A DNA stretch of 59,344 nucleotides, filler included, from Trypethelium eluteriae (Eukaryota): NCBI GenBank assembly GCA_051942245.1. It is 2 parts of 2 records of this genome, joined end to end, with 100 filler letters (N's around TTAATTAATTAA, not from the genome) between each part and the next. Parts side by side here need not be neighbours in the genome. Positions count along the whole stretch, not along the records: positions 29,743 to 59,344 come from JAVECL010000291.1; 1 more part is not named here. The stretch is one strand, 5' to 3'. Numbering within the stretch: position 1 is the first letter of the stretch; each line of letters opens with the position of its first letter. This document shows positions 48,995-59,344 of the stretch, piece after piece. The position numbers and the translations under genes are program-made. Under the pieces are notes generated by a model, which was not told the origin of the DNA, ran no database searches, and saw only the letters and a list, made by a program, of their open reading frames with translations.

Positions 48995-49976
48995 GGGGTC
49001 ACCAGATGATTCAATCAATTCCATTCAGCTGGGACTATGCGAACTCGGGCTGATCTCCAAGCAGTTAGGAACGCGCAATGCTCCTCCCCATAGCTCTCCA
49101 ACGGCCCTGAGCATGTCCCGACGCTAGACCGTCAGTGGAAACAGTGAGCAGTAGACGCCAGGATGAAGAACTAGGATGTCCCCGCGTAGATATAGGGCGA
49201 TTCGTCCTCTACTCGCTCGCACCGGATACCGTACTCGCCTGCTGTTGGCATGCCATCATAGGCAAATGAATCAATTCACCAACCACTTATCGAAGATTCA
49301 CTGAAGGTATTCACACAATACGCAGACAAATTATATAGCTACGCACATGTAAACAACTTAAATAGGCTTATGAGGAAGTCTGACTATTTTCGTGACACAT
49401 CGAGTTTTTTTATCTAGATGATCCACGTAGGAAAGCGGGGCAAGCAGGTTTCCGTGATGGCGGAGACAAACTGACGGTACACCTGCAGGTAGGCCAGCGC
49501 CGTGTGAGAGGACCTTACTTCATACATTAGGTCTAATTGAAGCTTGCTCGAAATCCTCGCCATGCCCTTTGGAGCTCGAGGCCTTTACCCAAGTCGAGAA
49601 CATCGACGCAGTTGTGGCGAATTCCTGCTAAAAATTTTCACCAACAGACTTTGGTAGCCATGGATCATCCGCTTGGGCTTGCCGCGGGGCTTCGTGGCTC
49701 GACCTTTTTAACCAACGCGCAGCGCGAATCATCTCCGTGATTTTGGTCAACATATGTAAAGCTTTTGGTCAACATCCATACGACGCCCCTCCGTTGAAGC
49801 CGGATCACAATATGCTTCCCCACCTTTTGCCATGAGCAGCTGTGCGTTCCCCATATTTCGCGGTCCCGGTGCAGGCATTCCCGGCGAGGCCATCCCGTAG
49901 CTTCACGTCAGGTGTTTGTGATTTGACGCCATATCGTACCACCAAGTGAGAAGTGAATAGCACTCACAATACGGTA

Positions 49977-52900
49977 ATGTCAATGGGTCCTCCCAAGCTG
50001 CGGACAAGCTCTGCTGCACCTAAGCAACAGGTCCAACAGCACCAGCCATCGTCGCCATTCAGCAACGATCCTACAGATCAGGATGAACACTCATCGAGAG
50101 GCTCACCAATACCTTGGGAAACACGGCCATCTTCGAAACTGGGGCGAGCCGTATCTTCAGTGTCCGGAACGGGGATCACATCCTCTTTCTCGCAGAGAAC
50201 GCCTGCGAGGTCTTTCAATCACTATGCACCCCACGGTCCCCTAGGTACGTATCACATCTTTCTGCGGAAAAATGACACCACCAAACTCTTGCTTCGTTAT
50301 AATAATGAAATTCACAGAGCCCACCTCATATTCCTCACAGGGAGTGCGAGACCAGACTGCCGAACTCGCCTCCTGGGCTTTGTCAGATCCCAATTCTCTT
50401 CGCACTGGTGCCTCTGAATATCGACAACCAAGTACCTCAGATCTTCGCGGTTCTGAGGCTTGGCTTGGTCGAAGTAGCAGATCATCTATTTCCGAAGGGC
50501 TTTGGGATCCAATGGACCCGTTAAGCTTAGCGAGACATGATACGATTCAAGAAGTATCAGAACCGGTCTCTCCTGCCCAAAAGTCAAGCCCTTCCCAAAC
50601 CCCGCTGCAATCGTCCGCTCTGACAGACATGTTACGTAACTCCCCTCCACAGAAGTACAGTGACGAGCAACAAGCTCAGTCTTTCCCGGACATCGTTGTG
50701 GAAGGTGCAGATGCCGAGAACGCCAATGAACAAACTCCCTTGATTGGCAATGGCCAGACGAATGGCAATCACCCTGCGCAGTACTCTTCCAAAAACGATC
50801 TCGAAGGACAGGCCGCAGTCAAGAGACGAAGGCTGGATAGATTATACAAGTTTCTTCCCGACGCTAAACGGCATGGTATGTCCGCCTTCAGAACTGCAAC
50901 CAATCCCAAGCTCTGGACGCCACATTCTTTATGGTACGAGGCTATCTTGCCGACTGTGCAGACTATCCCCAGTGTTATACTGGGCCTGTTACTCAATATT
51001 CTTGATGCTCTTTCATACGGATTCATTCTCTTTCCATTAGGCACGGAAATATTCTCTGAAACTGGACCAGATGGAATTGCGATATTCTACGTTAGCTGCA
51101 TTGTGTCTCAATTGGTCTATTCGTGTGGAGGATCGATCTTCAAAGGAGGAGTGGGCTCAGAAATGGTAGGTTATCAATTTTGTCACCGTCAATGTAGCTG
51201 ACGTGGAAACTAGATCGAGGTAGTCCCCTTCTTCCACAAAATGGCCTACATGATCATGGCTACCATGGGCACAAGTAACCCGGATGCTGTGAGGGCTACC
51301 GTCATATCTTCGTATGCTCTAAGCTCCATTCTCACCGGCATAGTCTTCTACGCTCTTGGTGCCTTCAAGCTAGGAACACTGGTCAATTTCTTTCCCCGAA
51401 GTATTCTGACTGGCTGCATTGGTGGCGTAGGCCTTTTCCTGGTGCTTACAGGTGTCGAGGTCTCAGCCAGGCTTGACGGCAATCTCGATGCATCGAGAAA
51501 GACACTTGAAAAGCTGTTCTCTGCTGACACAATCATACTCTGGATCCTACCTTTATTGCTCGCGATCGTTCTTCTTATCATCAGGTATCTCAAAGATCAT
51601 CCTGCGATCGTTCTTGGATACTTCTTTGGCATTACAATACTCTTCTATATCGTCGTCGCAGCCGTTCCCAGTCTCACGGTTATGACGATGAGACAATCGG
51701 GCTGGATCTTTGAGGCACCTGCCTCTGGCGTGCCATTCTACCACTTCTATTCTTACTATAAGTGGAATCTTATCGACTGGAAGGCCATGTCGCAGACAAT
51801 ACCTACAATGTTTGCGCTGACCCTCTTTGGCATTCTCCACGTCCCCATCAACGTTCCTGCACTTGGAGTTGCTGTGAAAGAAGATGACGTTAACATCAAT
51901 CGGGAACTCAGGGCCCATGGCTGGTCCAACGCCCTATCTGGATGTTTGGGAAGCATACAAAACTATCTTGTTTACACCAACAGCGTACTTTTCATTAATA
52001 CTGGAGGCAACAGCCGGGTTGCTGGCTGTCTTCTTGCCCTCGCGACTTGTGGGGTATGGATTGCCGGTCCCGAGATTATTGGCTTCATTCCTGTTATGAT
52101 CGTTGGTACATTAATATACATGCTGGGCATTGAGCTTGTCATTGAGGCGCTCTGGGATACACGCACCAAAGTCCAGAGGTTGGAGTATTGCATCATTCTG
52201 GCTATTGTGCTCATCATGGGCTTCTACGACTTCGTGGCGGGCATTTTCGCCGGAGTTGCCTTGGCTTGTCTCAACTATGTCGTTCAGACTTCCAGAAAAT
52301 CTGCCATCCGAGCAAATTTTTCTGGGGCTGTTGCAGAATCCACTGTCAGACGCCATCCCGTTCAGAGACGCTATCTACATGAAGTCGGACGTCAAACCTG
52401 CGTAGTCAAGCTAGCAGGATATCTCTTCTTTGGCACAATTGTCGAAGTAGAGAACAAGACTAGGGCCCTGATTGAGGAAGAAGCATTCAGGAAACGACCC
52501 ATACGGTATCTCGTTTTGGACTTCACTCACGTCACTGGCCTGGATTTCTCTGCAGCAGAAGCCTTCACCCGAATGAATCGTATTCTACATCGTCGGAACG
52601 TCGAGATGATCTTATCCGGTGTCGTCCTCGGCGACGACATTGAGAAAAGTCTCAAGATGGTAGGAATACTGAACGAATCAGCCGACGAGGACGCGGCACT
52701 TCCACCCAAAGTCTTCGAGGACCTCAACAAAGCCCTCGAATCCTGCGAAAACGAACTCCTGATCACATTCAAGCAGCGCACCGACATGCTCGCCCAAAAG
52801 CAAGCCGTCCACACACAATCCGTCGCCGTCCCGCAACCCGGCTCTTCCTCCGCCTCCTCCTCCACCACCGCCCTCCACCCCACCGACAGCATAGTCTACA

Positions 52901-53436
52901 GCTCCCCGCGACGCACGCACCTCCAACAAGCCGCAACGTCGACGCTCAACGAGCCCAACGTGCTGCCCCCGTCCAAATGGTCGCACTTCCAGCAGCCACT
53001 ACCGCTCATCCTGCAAACCTTCCAAGACCTCACCGAGCACAACGAAGACTTCTGGCACCGCGTCGTGCCCTTCTTCACGCGCAAGGAGCTCCCCGCGGGA
53101 ACGGTGCTGTACTCCCGCGGCGACGAGCCCGACGGCTTTTATCTCCTGCAGGAGGGCATCCTGCGCGCCGACTACGACTGGGAGCAGGGACGCTACTCGG
53201 AGAGCATCGTGGCGGGCACGACGTGTGGCGAGCTGCCGTTCTTTGCGGAGACGGATCGCAGTGCGACGGTGGCGGCGGAGAAGGACTGCGTGGCGTGGTT
53301 GTTGACGAGGGCGCGCTGGCGGGAGCTGGAGGAGAGGCAGCCCGAGGTCGCGAGGGAGTTGTTGAAGATCGGATTGAAGTTGACGAGTGAGCGGATGGCG
53401 GCGATTACGAGCTATGTCTTGGTTGCGGCGGGGTAA
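49977..53436 (+). CDS. VSB1: SulP/SLC26-family transporter with STAS and cNMP-binding-like domains (Vsb1/YGR125W-like)
   Basis: Exons 49977-50244, 50318-51165 and 51214-53436; [75 protein letters not shown], cNMP-like [15 protein letters not shown]. Confidence 0.88.
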
Positions 53437-55010
53437 GAGGGAATTATTGTCTTTCGACTTTTGTTGTTACTATTCTTAAGGTTTTGGGTGGGGGTGTCAC
53501 CTAGACGGTTTTGAAAAAGTTATTGCCGGATAAGGCGGCGTCTTGACTCTTTTGGGAGCGTGCATGGCAAGCATAGCAAGGTGTTAGGTGGTCGCTCTGT
53601 ATTCCCTACCTGCGTGTTCTTAGCTGTGTCTCTGTATGGTTTACAGCATTTAGCATTAGTAACAGGAACAAGTGCATATATCATCGTCGCAAGGATATTA
53701 CAGATGGTGATGCAGTCCTCCGTACAACCAAATTTCAAAGTGTCTCTAGAGGCTCCACTTGACGCAGATTTCATTACTCCGTACTCGAATCGATAATTAT
53801 ATTATTGCGACATCCTTGATTCGGACATAAGGCAAGGGTCCAATGCGATCAGCAGAGAGGCTGCCCAGTCTGGCTCCTCATCTTACGATTGTGGACGCCG
53901 TTGAACGCCATGCGGTGACCAAGCGGGCTAATGTGGTGCGAACAAAAGCTAAACGACCTAGCGTCGGGGACAAATGTGCACGTCTGCAGGCGCTTGAAAC
54001 AGGTAACAAGGAACCTTTTTTTCCCATGACCGGAACGGCGCGTATTTTTAAGATTTGGATGCGTTTGCTGGCCGCCGTCATCTGAAACCCGAACCCCTTT
54101 CAGAGGCGCCGCAAGCCTGTTGCGATCGATGAAGGAGCGTGGCACTAGCATATGGCAGGCCAGGGTCTGCCGCTTGGTTGTTCCCAGTCTGTCGACGTTT
54201 CGAGTGACTTTGTACCGAGTCGATCACTTGGTGACTCGGTCCGTTGAAGGAAGGGTTGGCGACAGACTCCCTCCTCCTCCTCATCAGCATCATCATGCAG
54301 CAGCCGGCCTGGCGGTGCTGGGATCGGGCAGGGCAGCCGATAAAGCTCTGGGGTGTCTATGGGCGAGCTGGTTGGCTAGTACTGAGCTTGGCCTGCTATC
54401 GGTGTATCGCTCAGTATCATCAGAGTCATGCGACCGATTGTGCTCGCTCGGCATGGAAGGATGAGGACGCGGTGACAATATCAGTGACGAATTTGAGGGT
54501 GTCAGTGGTAATGCGGTGACGCTAGAAGCCATAAGGAAAGCTGCGAGTGCTAGCTGCGAGTGCGTCAAGTTGAGTAAAGCCCCGGAGGTGGGCCAACGTG
54601 CAATTTCGGGAGTACCAGGAGGGACAGGCCAGGTGACAGTACAAGTGGGAAAAGTGGGAAAGCTGCTATCCGCACCATTAACTACGACGAATGCGCCTTA
54701 GCCAATCTCCCCTTCCCTGAGACCACACCTATTATTTGCTCCCTCTCTTCTCTTCTCCAACCTTGCCTCTGCAAATCTGCAACCTCCTGCACCTTCTTGC
54801 CAGCTTCCAGCTGTAGATCCCCTTGAACTTTGTTGTCTACGGACAGTGGGACGAGCCTGCCTTTGTTTGTTTACTCGTTGTAATCGCCAACTGAAGCTTT
54901 GGCTTTGCTTGCCCTTTCCTTTCACTCACCTCTGCTGTCCACATTCATCAATCCTACTCTGTTAGATCTTAGACTCGACTCACCCTTACTCTACCATCTC
55001 GCCATTCACT

Positions 55011-57406
55011 ATGTCTGACGCTCAGCAACCTGTGGCGGATAGGCCTGCCGTCGAGGATGCTCCTGCTGCCCAGACGATCGAGTCAACGGCTCCGGCTGCT
55101 TCAGAGACTGCTCCAACCGAGGCGGCTACCACTGAGGCAAAACCCGAGGCCTCGACCACTGAAGCTACAAAAGAGGCGGTCGAGGGCGAGAAGGCTAAGG
55201 CAGAGACCGAGCCTGTCACCCACGGTGCTCTTGGTTACAAGGCACCGGGCTTGTTCAAGTGGGACACTGGAAATCTTTTTGTTTACTGCACTCGTCTAAC
55301 ACTGAGCTTCACAGGCAACTCAAGTTCACCAAGAACTACTTTTGGTTCGGTGATGAAGCCATTCCTCAACAGCACATGGACAAATTCATGCGTGGTGAGA
55401 AACAAGACATCTCTTACCCGACAACTGCTTGGGCTAGTCACACCGGCAAGGGCCTACTTCTCTTTGCTAAACACTCGGATCAAATGAAGACCCCTGATGG
55501 CGCCATCAACTTGGTAATTTCTCTTTTCTAACCTTTCCATACATTGCTAACACTTGAGACCAGGCCGATGTTTCCGACATCACCAAAGAGGGAAGCCGAG
55601 ATTTCGCCTTCAAGTACCATGATCACAAGCACACTTTCCAGGCAAGCAATGAGAAAGAACGTGACGGGTGGCTTCTTGTCGTCGAGAAGACTGCGGAAGA
55701 AGCCAAGGGATCCAAAGAGGGCATTCTTGGCAGCGAGAAATACAAAGATACTATGAGCAAGCTTAGTAGGTCATCCTTCGCGAATTTGGCGCGTTGTTTG
55801 CGAAAGCAAATACTTAGCGTTCCTGTGCATCATGCATTAGGGACCCGCTTCGTCCCGTACGTCCGTGCTGACGCTAGACTAGACAAACCCGCAACACTAG
55901 CCACCGGCGCTGCTACTGCTGCCACCGCCAAAAAGAGCACTGACGCTGCAAATAGCGATGAGCCCACCGAAGCTCGGAAAGACAGCAGCGAGGCTGAGGA
56001 TGGCAAGAAGAAGAGCAAGAGTCGATCGCTCTCCCGTGGCACGAAGCGCACCTCTTTGTTTGGCTCCCTTATGGGCAAGAAGGAGGAGAAGGACGAGCAG
56101 AAGGAAGTGAAGAAAGAGGAAAAGGCCGAAGAGAAGGCTGAGAAGAAGGCCGAAAAGGAGGAGAAAAAAGAGGAGAAGAAGGCCGAGAAGGAGGTCAAGA
56201 AGGAAGAAAAAGAAGACCAGAAGGACCACAAAGAGGGTGAGGCCGCTGCTGTTGGTACCGCCGCTGCGGGAACCGCGATCGCTGCTGATGGGACCGCTGA
56301 TGGTAAGCATAATATTTTGCCTCAATTTAAGTTCCGTACTGAACCTTTTAGCCGAATCCGCGCCTATCGACGCTCCTGCGGAGACCAAGAAAACTACTGA
56401 GTCTACTCCTGAGAAGAACACCAGTGGTACGAACAAGTCAACCAAGCGCTCTTCCATTTTCGGCAGCTTCTTCGAGAAAGTCCGTAGCCCAACTAGCGAG
56501 AAGAAGGAATCTGAGGTAGGGCCTGTTCCTCCACCCAAAGATGACGCTGCTCCTGTCCTCCCTCCTACGGATGGCTCCGATGAGGCTCCTCCTGCTCCAC
56601 CCAAAGATGACAAGCCAGAGGAGGCTGCGGCTGTCGGTGCTGCTACGGGAGCTGGTGTGACCACGGCAACTGCCGCCGAGGAGGCGAAAGATGGCCAAAA
56701 GGACAAAGCCACGGCCACCACGCCCAGCAAGGAAAAGGAGGGCTTTTTCAAGCGCCTGTTGAGCGAATCCAAGGTCAAGGTTCCTAAGTCTGAGGCTTCG
56801 AAAGAAGAATCCAAGGTAGGGGCAGAACCTGCCGCTACTGAGGAGAGCACCAAGGAAGGCGAAGCTACTGCAACTGCCGCTGACAAGGCCGCAGTGCCTG
56901 CAGAAACAGCTGTCGCAGTGGATGACAAGCCGAATAACGGGGCTAGTGGTATTAGTGCACCTGCTGATGAGCAAAGAACTGGAAAGAAGGAGGAGCCCAG
57001 TACGCCAAAGGAGAAGCGTGCCTCCATCTTCGGCACCTTCAAGGGCAAAGTCAGGGACCAGAAGGGCGACAAGAGTGACGCCGAGAAGTCCGAGGGTGAG
57101 GAGAAGAAGTCCAACAAGCTCGGAGGCATCTTCCGTAACCCCAGCAAGGCCATCAAGAGCAGCACCGGCAAGGACGCCAAGAAGGACGAGACCAAGCCAA
57201 CCGTCAATGGCGACAAGGTGGCTGACAAAAAGGCGAATGAGACCGTTGCCACCAAGGAGGCCACTGAGCAGAAGCCAGTCGAAGACAGCACGACATCGAG
57301 CGAGGCCAAGCAAGCCGAGCACAGCATTGGAGATGTCGTCCCAGAGGCCGTCAGTGTTGGTCAGCCCCAGGAACAGGGGGCGCCAGCAGTTCAGGCGACC
57401 GCCTAG
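55011..57406 (+). CDS. PH_6 (Meu6-like) pleckstrin-homology protein with long Glu/Lys/Ala-rich disordered region, about 5 exons
   Basis: GALGYKAPGLFK|QLKFTKNYFWFGDE, AWASHTGKGLLLFAK, DGAINL|ADVSDI, HKHTFQA..ERDGWL; repeated KRxSxFG motifs; four GT-AG introns. Confidence 0.85.
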
Positions 57407-59036
57407 CTCACCCGGGCCTGGTGGACGGATGGAACTTTAGCAGGGTGAACCTAGTGGAAATGGCTGGATAGAATACAACAGGCCTGGATGATCTGGGCAG
57501 AACCTCGAAATTCAAAGGGGTGGGATTTGGACAGTAGTTCGATATTTCCTGTTTGGATGATCCGAGAGGTTCCCCTGGTTCGAACCGGTGCTGGATAAAC
57601 GAACCGAGACCGAAAACTGAACTCCTACACATGATGAAGCATATTTGCATTCCGACCTATCTTCGGCGGCAGCCTGCCTACCTACTCCTGAATCCTCTGC
57701 CGATTTCACCTTCGACCCAATTACGAGTATCTCTATTTTTCTTTTTGCATTGCCTTTTCACTGCTGTCTCTCATTGCTTTGCTTTGTCCTGCTTTTGTGC
57801 TTTTGTATGCCAATCGCGAAATACCCGTGATACCCTGCAGTACCCCTCGAGCATAATACCCCATAGTTGCGTTTCGGAGAAGGCGGGAGGAAGGAGAGAC
57901 GGGAAATTAATTACCTAATACTATTGTATCCTTTTTTCCAATCTGGTCGTCAGACTTGTGACGTGCTGCGCCATGGTGAATACTGTAGAAACTGACAAGT
58001 ACACGCATACTAAGTTTGGGCAATGCATGCAGACTAGATACCTGAGCTGCGCTACAGAGTACCTTGGACTCTTTCCAGAGCCTGTCGTAGGTCTCGAGGC
58101 ATTGCTTCCCTGTGCTTCTCTTTGTCAATTCCTCGTCGAAGCACAAATTAGCTTCCAATACGGAGTAACTAATGCAATGGTTCGACTTTTCGTTGCTCAC
58201 CAAAGACCTAGGTAAGTTAGGTTGGTCTCGACACGGGTACTTTTCGAAAGACCATGGACATCGGGTTCGAAAGGAGACTGTGTGTGACTACGACATTCGC
58301 TTTGGAGAACCACTGATTGGTTAATGTGCGTAAGTACTCGCAAGTCCGCAATGCAAAGGTTGGAGAGCCTCATGAAATGAGGTAGTGTCTACTCAAAATT
58401 CTCCATTCTTGATCATATCAAATTCCAGTGTTATGTGCTTTCAATAAACTGTACCATACGCAATCTCCAAATTGGCATGTCACGCGATCGGTGACGATCA
58501 CTTTCTGAAAGCTGCCGCGTCAGTCTTAGCGACTTCTAGGTTCATCGGATTCAATATATGTAGTGACAAATCAGGGCATAAGCAGGGGTACGTGGCTCAT
58601 GTTAAAGAGCGTGACTCGGTAGACAAATGCGAACAACCTGGCCAGAGGCATCCAAAGCCAGCCATAGTTGCGATCTGGCTCTGAGCGTCCGAGGAGTGCA
58701 GTCGGCACGATTGAATACACGGACAAGAGGGAGTGAATGTATGATGAGAGTTCAATGTGATCCGGAGGTGTAGGAACAGATACCTCATAGGGTGTTCGTT
58801 ATTGGTGATCTTGGCAGGTACAAAAGTCAAGCAGCCGAATGCATGACGCACTGAAGTTTGAGCCTCAGCTGTGCTACCAACCAGACCCGATCTGCCCAAT
58901 CCTTAATCCCTCGGCCCCTCGTGGCCCCTAACGCTCTTTTGATACTTTCAATCGCTCGTTCGCTCGTTCGCTTGTTCGAAACTTTGTCTCTGATATGAGA
59001 GCTCTCTACTATCGAGTGGCCTTGACGTGATCGAAC

Positions 59037-59344
59037 ATGGTAAGTCGCATAGTCACTTAAATCTGCTTGCTTCGTTCTCCATTCTTCGACTTCTTCCGAA
59101 ACGCGAGACAACAACTCCGTGCGCAGTCTCCTACAGTTGCTGACCTCTAATTTCTCCACAGGGCTGCTGCACCTCCAAAGAAGCGGCACAATCAGACTCG
59201 ACTCCATACCCCAACGCTCCTTGCGCCCCCGTCCCCTCCAACGACCCTCCTCCCTCCCAACCACGTCCCACCTCTCCCAATCGCCGTTCTGCCTCTGTCA
59301 ATTCCTCCCTCGCCCCAGCCACAGACACCGGCCTCGACTCCTCC
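59037..59344 (+). CDS. 5' end of a protein with an MGCCxS acylation motif, truncated by the right edge
   Basis: ATG at 59037-59039 is followed directly by GTAAGT...GCTGAC...CACAG (intron 59040-59161). The spliced frame MGCCTSKEAAQSDSTPYPNAPCAPVPSNDPPPSQPRP... stays open to the edge. Confidence 0.75.

Noticed and set aside
55830..57327. Long antisense ORFs (476, 294 and 133 aa)
   Set aside because: Shadow frames of the low-complexity Glu/Lys/Ala-rich PH_6 gene.
57560..57610. GGTTCGAACC resembling a tRNA T-loop or B-box
   Set aside because: No cloverleaf or A-box could be built; it lies downstream of the PH_6 gene stop.

Overview
A 59 kb window of a filamentous ascomycete (Pezizomycotina) nuclear genome, with short GT-AG introns and CTRAC-type branch points. 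It contains one 100-nt assembly gap with a TTAATTAATTAA linker (29643-29742). About 20 protein genes can be supported. These are a LITAF-domain protein, a secreted CheD-like protein, SEN2, YIH1/IMPACT, a 10-exon RPL12 that the ORF track misses, an SDR, a degenerate AMP-binding protein, POM34, HID1, a GH13 amylase/glucanotransferase, a divergent hydantoinase plus D-carbamoylase-like pair, an MDM1/SNX13-type PXA-RGS-PX protein, an HMG-box transcription factor, PSF1, a VSB1-like SulP transporter, a PH_6 protein, a few hypotheticals, and genes truncated at both edges. Several decayed gene remnants are also present. No tRNA, rRNA, CRISPR array or intact transposon was recognised. The most notable observations are (1) an intronless secreted protein with the CheD/CNF1-type Cys-His deamidase signature, (2) the head-to-head hydantoinase/carbamoylase pair, (3) recurrent GC-rich islands whose C-to-G skew flip ignores gene orientation and coincides with sequence breaks, (4) a GH13 enzyme lacking the region IV His, and (5) unusual RPL12 splicing. 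Family calls come from recalled motifs, not database searches.
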